Positions 41,635 to 51,053 of a stretch of DNA of 64,000 bases are shown here, piece by piece; positions within the stretch are counted from its first letter, which is position 1; every line of letters begins with the position of its first letter. Source of the stretch: Candidatus Bathyarchaeota archaeon (lineage in GTDB: Archaea; Thermoproteota; Bathyarchaeia; 40CM-2-53-6); NCBI GenBank assembly GCA_963706285.1, contig CAVPLU010000004.1, forward strand, positions 96,001-160,000, given 5' to 3'. The notes under the pieces are model-generated. The model had not been told where the DNA came from, made no database searches, and saw only the letters and a program-made list of their open reading frames with translations. The translations under genes and the position numbers were made by a program.

Positions 41635-43098
41635 GGAAGCTTATGCTTCACTGTTCGCATGAGTGCTCCGTCTTCGTTGTATAGGTAGATCATGAACGGC
41701 ATCGAGCCAGGGAGCGTGTGGGTTCCACATGCATGGCATGGATCGTATGCTCTGAAGGCCATCTCAACCATGTTCAACATCCCATCATCCACCTTTCCTC
41801 CCTTTATGAAACTGCGAGCGGCCTTATCCACCGATAGAGCCATTCTCGCCGAGTTGTGTTGAGTCGCGACTAGGAGGTTGGCTTTCTTGATGACGGCACG
41901 GTTGTCCGTCTCGTAATGGTGTATCAGAGTGCCTCTTGGCGCCTCGACCACGCCGATGCCGCTCTCTGGAACCGCAGTTGGAAGGATCCTTATGTTCTGT
42001 GATGTTATCTCAGGATCATTTGCTAGTTCTCTAAATCTCTCAGCTGCATAGATCAGCTCGACTATCCTAGCCCAATGATTAGCCAGAGTGTGGTGAACTG
42101 GTTTCCCTCCGAGCGTTGCAAACATTTCCTCGTATGCCTCTTGAGCCCTCGGAGTTGCCATTCCATCGGAAGCGTTCAGCCTAGCAAGCGGTGCGACGCT
42201 CATTATCCCGCTATCCTGTCCTTCGACGAATCCCTTCCATCCCACCTTCTTCAGGAAGGGGAACTTCATGTACGTCCACGGCTCAACATGTTCAGCGATG
42301 TGTTGCACGTAGTCGTGAATGTCGAACTTTGCGAATTCATTTCCAGTGGGACTGACGACTCTAACTTTGCCGTCGTAGAAGTTGACCTTGTTCTTCTGAT
42401 CGACCAATCCCATGTAGTAGGTCTTGATGGGTGTATGCGTCGCTCGTGATCAGGTCTACGTATTGCTTGTTTGAGAGCACGATGTCCTTGAAGACCTTGA
42501 GCGTGAAGACACCGAACTGCAGAGCATCGTCTCCTAGTTTTCTGATGTCTTGAGCTTCGGCAGCACTTATTGGCCGTGAGACTCCGCCTGGTAGTCCCAT
42601 GACCGGGTGAATCGTTCTTCCCGCTAGCATCTCGTTGGTCTTTCGCAGCCTCTTCCTCATTTCAATGACTTTGAGTCCCGTTTCTTTGCCGACCTTGTTT
42701 ATTACGCCAAGTATGTTGCGTTCTGCCTTCGGGGCGGTAGGGCCTACGATGAAGTCTGGGCCTCCAAGAACATAGACATGCAGCGCATGATCCTCAACCA
42801 TGAAGATGTTGTATGCCATTTCACGTATCTTCTTTGCAGCGCTTGGGGGACCGACCTTGAAGAGATCGTCCAAGGTTTTGGTCGAGGCCATGTGGTGGGC
42901 AAACGGGCACACGCCACAGATCCTGGAGGTTATCTGCGGCATGTCTTCAGCGTGTCTGCCTTCGGCGAATTTTTCGAATCCTCTAATTTCCGGCACCTGA
43001 AGGTAGGCTTTCTTGCAGTTACCTGCATCGTCCAGAACCGCAACTATTTTTCCGTGGCCTTCGAGTCTGGTTATTGGGTTGATTACTACTTCTTTCAT
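41631..43098 (-). CDS. mvhA: Group 3c [NiFe]-hydrogenase large subunit, copy 1 (frameshift ~42425)
   Basis: TRLEGHG, RGFEKF, L1 RICGVC, EAPRG, L2 RAYDPCHACGTH. Confidence 0.92.
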
Positions 43099-44075
43099 TT
43101 CTTGTTCCCCCTAATTCTGCCGCCGAGAGTAGATGCCCCTAACGTGTATCTGTAGAACGTTCCAACCGGGTCGGGTAGCCTATCAATGACCTTGTCTATC
43201 GATTCTTCATCTTGGAAGTCTATTATGCTCGCGATGAAGGATGCGGTTTTTGCTCCATAATCTGTTACTCTGTCAAGCGGTCCGAAACATCCTGTGCAAG
43301 ACATTCTTGCCTTGGGGCAAAGGGCTGTGCACCCTCCTCTCGTTGAAGGTCCCAAGCAGAGTAAGCCTTGGGTAAGCAGGCATTTCTCCCCGTCAGGGAT
43401 GACCTCGTAAGGGCGCTTCAGATCTTGCACCAAGACCCTGTCGGGTTTCGTTTCATTGAGTGGGCATTCGTCGCACAGGGCTTTCTCCGAAGCGCCTATA
43501 GTAGATCCCTTTGGTGGAACCTTTCCGGACAGGAGAGTTGTGACTGCATTCCATGTTACATCAGCCGTAGGAGGACACCCAGGAATATAGTAGTCAACGT
43601 CTATGACTCGATCGATGGGAACAAGGCTGGGTAAGATTTCAGGAAGCGTGAGCTCAACACCATCGATAATGGTGCTCTTTTGTGGTGTCACTTTCTGAGG
43701 GTTATCCACTGTCGGGACTTCATGGTAGGCGCGAGAGGCGAATTCTCCCTCAGAGTAGAGGTTGGCGAGGCTTGGGATTCCGCCCCAAGCGGAGCAAGCG
43801 CCGTAGGCCACTACAATCTTGGACTTCCGTCTCAGGAGTTTCGCCATGTGCTCGTGCTCGCTGGTTCTGATTCCTCCGTTTATCAGGCTCGCTGTTATCG
43901 ATCCGTCCGGAAGCTTCTCGACATCTTCCTCCTTGAAGTCGAGCGCGACGGGCCAGAACACTATATCGACCAGGCTGACGAGGTCAAGAACTCTCTCAGC
44001 AATATCTACTGTAGCTTCCTCACATCCACCGCAACTGGCACACCAGTACATCGCTATTTTCGGTTTGTCCATCAT
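43095..44075 (-). CDS. mvhG: [NiFe]-hydrogenase small subunit, copy 1
   Basis: CASCGGC, GACS..GG, PGCPP, CDECP, CLGP. Confidence 0.92.
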   Translation of the reverse strand: MMDKPKIAMYWCASCGGCEEATVDIAERVLDLVSLVDIVFWPVALDFKEEDVEKLPDGSITASLINGGIRTSEHEHMAKLLRRKSKIVVAYGACSAWGGIPSLANLYSEGEFASRAYHEVPTVDNPQKVTPQKSTIIDGVELTLPEILPSLVPIDRVIDVDYYIPGCPPTADVTWNAVTTLLSGKVPPKGSTIGASEKALCDECPLNETKPDRVLVQDLKRPYEVIPDGEKCLLTQGLLCLGPSTRGGCTALCPKARMSCTGCFGPLDRVTDYGAKTASFIASIIDFQDEESIDKVIDRLPDPVGTFYRYTLGASTLGGRIRGNKK

Positions 44076-44497
44076 CGAGTCACCAGCAGTCGTGGAGCCA
44101 ATGGGCCCAAAGGCTTGACCTGCTCCACCATCTCTTGCGCGATTTTGACAAACTTCGCTGCTTCCGAGGCCGAGATCCATTCGAGTCGCAGTCGTTCTTT
44201 CTCGATGCCCAGACTCTCAAGCATTTTCTGTAACAAAGTTATCCTCCTTAGGGCTTTGTAGTTTCCGTCTATGTAGTGGCAATCGCCTAGGTGGCATCCA
44301 GCTACCAGCACACCGTCGGCTCCATCTCGAAATGCCTCTACAATGAATTGAGGGTCAATTCTTGAGGAGCACATTACTCTGATCACTCTAAAGTTCGGTG
44401 GATACTTCATCCTGCTTGTCCCAGCGAGGTCAAGTGCCGCGTATGTGCACCAGTTGCAGGCGAACAAAGCTATCTTAGGTTCGAATTGGTCGCTCAT
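44072..44497 (-). CDS. mvhD: Hydrogenase [2Fe-2S] subunit D, copy 1
   Basis: [24 protein letters not shown]. Confidence 0.94.
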   Translation of the reverse strand: MSDQFEPKIALFACNWCTYAALDLAGTSRMKYPPNFRVIRVMCSSRIDPQFIVEAFRDGADGVLVAGCHLGDCHYIDGNYKALRRITLLQKMLESLGIEKERLRLEWISASEAAKFVKIAQEMVEQVKPLGPLAPRLLVTR

Positions 44498-46453
44498 CTA
44501 AGCGCCCCTCCTCTCAGTGAGTGCGGCAATTTGGGCCATCACTTGAGTGTCTTTGAATCCCGCTTGCTGCATGGCTCCCGACGGACACGCCGCCACGCAG
44601 GCTCCACATGCTTTGCACAGTGCTTTGTCAACTTCGGCGAGCTTCTTCCCGTTCTTGTCTTTCCTGGATATCGCGCCGTACGGGCACATGGCGATGCAGA
44701 TGGCGCATCCGCTGCAGATTTCCTCTGTAACCTGGGCTATTATGGGTTCGATTCTGATCTCTTCTTTTCCGAAGAGGGATGAGGCTTTGGCAGCTGAGGC
44801 GCTTCCAGCCGTTACACTCTCAATTATGTTCTTCGGGCTTGTCACTGATCCTGCGAAGTAGATTCCATCTGCCGGTGCCTCAACTGGACGCAGTTTGAGG
44901 TGGGCTTCCCTTAGGAAGCCTTCAGGGCTGCATCCCACCTTCACCACACTCTGCACTTTCGTCAGGTCTTGGCTTGGGGACATTCCGACCGCAAGGACAA
45001 CTGCATCTACCGGAATCAGAAGATCTTCCTGGAGAGTAGCATCATGTACCTGTACCTCTAGCTCGTCGGAGTGCACATTCACTGTGGGCGGCTTTTCAAA
45101 CAGGATGAACTTGACAAGATGCTCTGCTGCGCTTTCGTAGAGTTTCTCGTCGCCTCTTCCGTAGGTCCTCATGTCCTTGTAGATGGTGTAGATCTCAGTT
45201 TCGGGATACCGGTCCTTTATTGTCAGCATGTTCTTTAGAGCTGATGCACAACACATTCGCGAACAGTACTGATGCGCGTTCTTTGTTGTTCCAAGTGATC
45301 CGACGCACATTATGAATGCCAGGGTCTTCGGAGTGGATCCTTCGAGTTTCAATTCTCCTCCGGTTGGTCCCTCCTTGTCAAGAAATCGCTCTAGCTGAAA
45401 GAGAGTCAAGACCTTCTTGGAACGCCCGTAGCCATATTCTCCTTCAGGAGGCTCGTAGGGGCTAAATCCGGTTGCGAGGACTACTCCTCCCGCGATCGCT
45501 TCAAGATCGTGGGCCTTTTCGTTCAGGTCAATCGCATGCGGTTGGCAGACTTTCACGCATTCTCCGCATCTCGTGCAGGTATCAGGGTCGATCACGGCTA
45601 TTGGTGGATAGGCTTCCTTGAACGGAAGATAGATCGCTTTTCTGGTTGAGATTCCAAACTCATATTCATTTGGAACGTCTACCGGACAAACGCGGAAGCA
45701 TTCTCCGCAGAGCGTGCACTTCGCGTCAACGAACCTAGGTTTGCTCCTGATTTTGGCCTTGTAGAATCCAATCGATCCATTCAGTTCGGTTACTTGGGAG
45801 TTCACAGAAGCGGTCACGTTAGGGTTTGCCACGAGAGGTTTGATGAGAGATTCGACTATGTCGCTCCCTTTCATGTCAATATGAGCAAGTCTGCCCAACC
45901 TAGCCGCTCTTCCTCCGAGGGTTGGTAACTCTTCTACTAGCTGGACTTTGTAGCCTCTTTCCGCGAGGTCAAGTGATGCCCTAAGTCCAGCCACGCCTCC
46001 ACCCAGGACCAAAGCCGCAGGCTGCACGCCAAACCGCAAGTCCTCAAGTGGTTCTAGGAGGTTCGCCTTCGCAACAGCCATCCTGATCAGGTCTTTGGTC
46101 TTCTCCGTCGCTCTTTGTTTGTGGTCGGAATGCACCCAGGAACTTTGCTCTCTGATGTTCACCATCTCCAGAAGGTATGGGTTGAGTCCGGCTTCTTTGA
46201 GCGTCGCCCTGAATGTCTGCTCATGCATAGCAGGAGAACAGGCTGCGATAACAACTCTGTTCAGCCCAAGCTTCTTCACGCTTTCCTTGATGAGATCTTG
46301 GCCGGGAGCAGAGCACATGAACACGTATTCCTTGGCCTCAACAACATGAGGTATTGTCTTGGAGTATTCTATGACTTCCTTCACGTCTATGGTTCCAGCT
46401 ATGTTAACTCCACAGTTGCAGACGAAGACGCCTACTTTCGATTCTTCACTCAT
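44498..46453 (-). CDS. hdrA: HdrA-like FAD/Fe-S protein (with MvhD, QmoB-like)
   Basis: VGVFVCNCG, ACSP, NIREQ, GGGVAG, CSRMCC, C-terminal ferredoxin. Confidence 0.88.
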   Translation of the reverse strand: MSEESKVGVFVCNCGVNIAGTIDVKEVIEYSKTIPHVVEAKEYVFMCSAPGQDLIKESVKKLGLNRVVIAACSPAMHEQTFRATLKEAGLNPYLLEMVNIREQSSWVHSDHKQRATEKTKDLIRMAVAKANLLEPLEDLRFGVQPAALVLGGGVAGLRASLDLAERGYKVQLVEELPTLGGRAARLGRLAHIDMKGSDIVESLIKPLVANPNVTASVNSQVTELNGSIGFYKAKIRSKPRFVDAKCTLCGECFRVCPVDVPNEYEFGISTRKAIYLPFKEAYPPIAVIDPDTCTRCGECVKVCQPHAIDLNEKAHDLEAIAGGVVLATGFSPYEPPEGEYGYGRSKKVLTLFQLERFLDKEGPTGGELKLEGSTPKTLAFIMCVGSLGTTKNAHQYCSRMCCASALKNMLTIKDRYPETEIYTIYKDMRTYGRGDEKLYESAAEHLVKFILFEKPPTVNVHSDELEVQVHDATLQEDLLIPVDAVVLAVGMSPSQDLTKVQSVVKVGCSPEGFLREAHLKLRPVEAPADGIYFAGSVTSPKNIIESVTAGSASAAKASSLFGKEEIRIEPIIAQVTEEICSGCAICIAMCPYGAISRKDKNGKKLAEVDKALCKACGACVAACPSGAMQQAGFKDTQVMAQIAALTERRGA

Positions 46454-46455
46454 GA

Positions 46456-47739
46456 CTATTCACGCACCGCAAGCACCGAGGCTCTCATCGCGGCTGCACT
46501 ACCCTGCGTAACCGAATCAGGTATGTCCTTAGCGCCGGCGACGACGCCGGCGGCGAAGATGCCGTTCACTCCGGTCGAGACAGGATCTAGGTACGGGTTT
46601 GCCAGTTTGACGTATCCGTCTTCGTCTAAGGGCACATGTATGAATGATTCAATCGGATTGATCTTGACGCCGACAGCCAGGACTGCCATCTCGACTTCCA
46701 TCTTGTTGAGGCGTCCTTCATTGGTGTCTTCATAAGTGAGTATCAAGTTCTTGGTCTCTGGAACTTCCTCGATCTTCGCCGGTCGACCCCGGATGAACTT
46801 CACTCCAAATTCAATTCTTGCCCTATCATAGAACTCTTGATATCCCTTACCAAAGGCTCTCAGGTCCATGTAGAACACTGTACAGTCGACGCCTGGCAGA
46901 TGCTCCTTTGCCAGAATTGCCTGTTTGACAGAGGCCATGCAGCAGAAGGCCGAGCAGCTAGGATTCATCCTCATGTCTCTGGAGCAAACGCATTGAATGA
47001 AGGCTATGCTATTGGGATGCTTCTTGTCAGATGCTCGGACGATCTCACCTACGGTCGGTCCAGTGGAAGAGACGAGTCTCTCAAACTCGAGTGAAGTATG
47101 GACGTTTTCGTGCGTTGCATATCCATACTGAGGAATTAGCCGGGGATCCTGTAGCTGAAATCCTGTCGCCACGATTATCGATGCAACGTCCAGCTCAATC
47201 TCCTCTGCCTTCTGTTCGAAGTTTATGGCTTCTGCCGGGCAGAATTTTTGGCAGACCTTGCAGATGCCCTTCGTGAAGTATAGGCAGTGTTCAGTATCTA
47301 TGACCGGGATGAGGGGCACCGCTTGTGGGAAGGGCCAATAGACTGTCTTTCTCTTGCCCATCTCAAGGTTGAACTCGCTTGGAACCGAAACCGGGCATTT
47401 TGCAATGCAATCTCCACATCCTAGACACTTGTCGATCTCAACGTATCTGGGCTTCTTCAGGACCTTGACTTTGAAGTTTCCTGATGTACCTTTGACGTCT
47501 TGAACCTCTGCGTAGGTCAACAGTTCTATGTTCTCATTCTTGGAGGCAGACACCATTTTGGGTGTGAGGATGCATGCGGCACAGTCGAGGGTTGGAAAAG
47601 TCTTGTCGAGTTGCGACATTCGTCCTCCGATGCTTGGGGTCTTCTCGACTAGGTAGGTCTTGATGCCTTGTTCTGAAAGATCAACGGCTGCTTGGATGCC
47701 TGCGATTCCTCCTCCGATGACTAAAACAGGTTTCGCCAT
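46456..47739 (-). CDS. Short HdrA-like flavoprotein (QmoA-like)
   Basis: GGGIAG, DKTFPTLDC, inserted ferredoxin, CSAFCC; lacks the N- and C-terminal HdrA domains. Confidence 0.85.
   Translation of the reverse strand: MAKPVLVIGGGIAGIQAAVDLSEQGIKTYLVEKTPSIGGRMSQLDKTFPTLDCAACILTPKMVSASKNENIELLTYAEVQDVKGTSGNFKVKVLKKPRYVEIDKCLGCGDCIAKCPVSVPSEFNLEMGKRKTVYWPFPQAVPLIPVIDTEHCLYFTKGICKVCQKFCPAEAINFEQKAEEIELDVASIIVATGFQLQDPRLIPQYGYATHENVHTSLEFERLVSSTGPTVGEIVRASDKKHPNSIAFIQCVCSRDMRMNPSCSAFCCMASVKQAILAKEHLPGVDCTVFYMDLRAFGKGYQEFYDRARIEFGVKFIRGRPAKIEEVPETKNLILTYEDTNEGRLNKMEVEMAVLAVGVKINPIESFIHVPLDEDGYVKLANPYLDPVSTGVNGIFAAGVVAGAKDIPDSVTQGSAAAMRASVLAVRE
47237..47609. repeat. Two tracts nearly identical (inverted) to parts of hdrA copy 2
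   Basis: rc(47237-47309) vs 51901-51973: 72/73; rc(47547-47609) vs 51601-51663: 61/63. Confidence 0.9.
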
Positions 47740-47740
47740 T

Positions 47741-48934
47741 CTAACTCACTCCTGTCACATTGCCTAATTTCATAGTCGCTTTGTTCATCCAGATCGCCAA
47801 CGGCCGATAGATGGCATGAGCAAACTTGGTGAACGGAGCCAATACTATGAGATCGAATACGACGACAAGATGAAATGCATACAAGCTGTACGCTGCAAGA
47901 TCGGAACTAGCATAGAGCGTCGTCGTCAACAAGAGTCCCGTAATGCCAGACAGGAAGAGCAGAAGAATGAACGCCCAGTCCGTAAAATGACTGAACTTCA
48001 CATGTTGCTCATTTTTCTTGACTCTCTTGTAGACATAGTACACGGCCCCGCAGGAGAAGACTATTCCGCTTGCCAACCCCAACACTCGTTGAGGCGGAAC
48101 TGGAGAGAGTGGAACGTTGCCTATGCCAAGCACAAAATCGATGGACGTAGCAACAGCCATGCCGACAAATCCCCAAAACAACGCCATGTGCGCATAGTAC
48201 CTGTTCCTGTTCGTACACTTGAGGTAACCAACTTGAGCGAGAGACTCCTTAACAACGGACGAGACAAGAGTCGAAAACCAGACTCCGATTTTCCTCCCCG
48301 CCGGTGCCTCTTTTTGGGTTCCGTGTCTGATCTGCCTCATCATTATTGCAAGGTTCGCCAAGGCGCTCAGTCCCACAAACGCTCCAAGGATGAGTCCAGC
48401 ATTGTGGATTATTTCGAAAGAGAAGAACTGCTGCAAGTCAACCGGGCTGAAGATCGCAGGTCCTCGAAGTAGCAAAACGCCGAACACGGCCACGAGCGTT
48501 GTGAACAAGAGGCCCATGGCTGAGGAGACCGAACTACCATAGAAGATCGAGGCCAATCTTCCCCACGAGTATCTCTTGATGGCGTATCTTCTCGCAGCCA
48601 TCATGAAAGCGCCAGGATCGGCATCTCTGGGGCAAGTGTCCGAACACTCGCCGCAGAAGTAGCACAGCCAAAGCGAAGGAGATGAGACAAGCTTCTCCTC
48701 AAGACCTAGAATGGCATGTCTTATTGGAGCTCTAGGAAACTCTACGCGCTCCTGGACGACCGGGCAGATGGCTGTACATGTGCCACAATTGTAACATTTC
48801 GCAAGTTTCTTGGCGCCTAGCTTCTGAATTTCAGATGCTAACCTGGGGTGCACCACCGTCAAGGATCTCTGAGCATTCTTACTGTCTGCCTCTTCGAGAA
48901 CTGTTTGAACTCTTAACTGATCACGTTTCAACAT
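47741..48934 (-). CDS. QmoC-like protein (HdrC-type Fe-S domain + cytochrome b membrane domain)
   Basis: CYNCGTCTAICP, WLCYFCGECSDTCPR; TM region with YYAHMALFWGF, AFHLVVVF, PFTKFAH. Confidence 0.85.
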   Translation of the reverse strand: MLKRDQLRVQTVLEEADSKNAQRSLTVVHPRLASEIQKLGAKKLAKCYNCGTCTAICPVVQERVEFPRAPIRHAILGLEEKLVSSPSLWLCYFCGECSDTCPRDADPGAFMMAARRYAIKRYSWGRLASIFYGSSVSSAMGLLFTTLVAVFGVLLLRGPAIFSPVDLQQFFSFEIIHNAGLILGAFVGLSALANLAIMMRQIRHGTQKEAPAGRKIGVWFSTLVSSVVKESLAQVGYLKCTNRNRYYAHMALFWGFVGMAVATSIDFVLGIGNVPLSPVPPQRVLGLASGIVFSCGAVYYVYKRVKKNEQHVKFSHFTDWAFILLLFLSGITGLLLTTTLYASSDLAAYSLYAFHLVVVFDLIVLAPFTKFAHAIYRPLAIWMNKATMKLGNVTGVS

Positions 48935-49533
48935 TGATCAGGTCCTAAGATATCTGAAACGCAGCAAGTGTGATGTGTTTCTTGATATACCTTGCTGTGA
49001 ATTTTCGTCTTGGCGACTTCACTATAGAGAAAAGCTTCTAAGAACTTATGACGAACATAGATCGTGGGAAAACATGTAGTTAGAATGTACTTCGAAGTCC
49101 CATCATGATCATTAGATCTCATCCAGAGCCGTCTGTGACGCGCTCTGATCGAAGACCTTTGAGCCCTTTCACTGTTCGCCTCTTCAAACACAGTCCGAGT
49201 TTGCAGTTGATCATTATTCAATATCTTGGTCACTTCGTTTACTCAATAGCGCAGCCCTGTGCGCTGCGAAATCTCGTCATCAGATGTTTTCCGATCTGAA
49301 GGATAGCGTATGCTGGAAGCTGGCACAACTTCATGGTCAAGGAGCAGTCGTTCCGAGTCGTTATTTTTTCCTGTCCGAGTAGCGAGAGGGCAGGCCCGAG
49401 GAGTAATCTCTCCTAATATCAATTGCTAATTATTTACTACTATTCTAGTTAGATTTTTCCGGGCATATATAGTCGGAAAATGCTCGGATTTCAACACGTG
49501 ACACATATATCTATGACCTAGCACTCACGGGGC

Positions 49534-50160
49534 GTGACCCGTTTGTACGAGGAACAATCCGAGAGAAGAGCTCACGCACTTAGCAACGTTTTCCTCCACG
49601 CCATATACGGAATCCCCGGCGGGGAGAAGATTAAGGAATGCATCCAATGCGGAACATGCAGCGCCTCCTGCACAACAAGCTATGCAATGGATTATACACC
49701 GAGAGAGATCATCGCCGCATTCAGAGCAGGCCAACTTGAGAAGGTTATGAGAAGCAACACCGTCTGGCTATGCACCTCATGCTACTACTGCACCGTCCGG
49801 TGTCCATCAGGAATCAAATTCACAGACATAATGTATGAACTCAAGCGCCTGGGAGTTGAGTTCGGACTTGTTCAAGAAGGTGCCATTGCACCCGTGATGT
49901 CGAAGACGTTTGTAGAAATGGTCGACAAGTACGGTAGACTGCCCGAGACAGCACTTGTGATGAATGTTCTGCTAAAGACGAACCCGCTTGGACTTCTAAA
50001 GATGATGCCACACGGCTTGAGACTATTCTTACGCGGCAGGATGCCGCTATTCCCTCACCGAATTTCCGGAGTATCTGACTTGAAGAAGTGTTCAGAAGCG
50101 ATGACTAATGCGCTTGTTTCAGACTTGCATTCTAGTTCAGGGGCAGCTCAGGAGGCATAG
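49534..50160 (+). CDS. hdrC: Heterodisulfide reductase subunit C
   Basis: CIQCGTCSASC, WLCTSCYYCTVRCP. Confidence 0.9.
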   Translation: MTRLYEEQSERRAHALSNVFLHAIYGIPGGEKIKECIQCGTCSASCTTSYAMDYTPREIIAAFRAGQLEKVMRSNTVWLCTSCYYCTVRCPSGIKFTDIMYELKRLGVEFGLVQEGAIAPVMSKTFVEMVDKYGRLPETALVMNVLLKTNPLGLLKMMPHGLRLFLRGRMPLFPHRISGVSDLKKCSEAMTNALVSDLHSSSGAAQEA

Positions 50161-50162
50161 CA

Positions 50163-51050
50163 TTGGACTCTCGCATGGGATTCTCATACTATCCGGGCTG
50201 TGCGCTTGAGGGCATGAACAAAGCCTATGACACGTCCACTCGCTTGGTTTCAAAAGAGCTCGGGATTGACCTTACTGAATTGAATGACTGGAACTGCTGC
50301 GGTGCCTCTGCATACGTTTCTATTCAGGAGCTTCGTGCACACCTGCTATCAGCAAGAAACCTCTCACTCGCCGAGAAAGAAAACAAGGATCTTGTGGTGG
50401 TCTGTCCCGCATGCTTCACGACGCTCACAAAGAGCAATCGCTACATGGGCGAGGACCTGAGACTCAGGAAGACGATCACGTCCGCACTCAAGGCTGCAAA
50501 TCTCCAATACTCTGGAACCGTCAAAGTCAGACATCTGCTGGAAGTAATTGTAAGGGATATCGGAGAGCAAGAAGTCAAGGCGAAAGTCACTAAACCGCTC
50601 TCTGGATTGAAGATCGCTCCATACTACGGCTGCCAGTTCACAAGACCGTTCGGAGATTTCGACGACAAGGAATTCCCCATCATGCTTGATACGGTCCTAA
50701 AGTGGATTGGAGCAGAACCGGTTGACTTTCCCCTAAAAGCGAAATGCTGCGGAGGAATGCAGATGACAACTAACGAGCAGGTTGGATTGACGTTAGTGCG
50801 ATCTCTCCTTGACTCCGCAACCCAGAACGGAGCTGAATGCATCGCGACCATATGCCCCCTCTGTCACATGACCTTAGAGGCGTACCAAGGCAACGTCAAC
50901 AAGAAGTTCGCAACAGAATTCCAACTTCCCACGCTCTACTTCACCCAGTTGATGGGCTTAGCATTTGGTTTCAACCGAAAAGAGCTCGCAATCAACCAGG
51001 AACTGATCTCGAGCAAAGCTGTCATAACGAAGCATGTGGAGGTAGTGTGA
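50163..51050 (+). CDS. hdrB: Heterodisulfide reductase subunit B
   Basis: YYPGC, DWNCCG, CPAC, YYGC, CCGG, CPLC. Confidence 0.92.
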   Translation: MDSRMGFSYYPGCALEGMNKAYDTSTRLVSKELGIDLTELNDWNCCGASAYVSIQELRAHLLSARNLSLAEKENKDLVVVCPACFTTLTKSNRYMGEDLRLRKTITSALKAANLQYSGTVKVRHLLEVIVRDIGEQEVKAKVTKPLSGLKIAPYYGCQFTRPFGDFDDKEFPIMLDTVLKWIGAEPVDFPLKAKCCGGMQMTTNEQVGLTLVRSLLDSATQNGAECIATICPLCHMTLEAYQGNVNKKFATEFQLPTLYFTQLMGLAFGFNRKELAINQELISSKAVITKHVEVV

Positions 51051-51053
51051 TAG

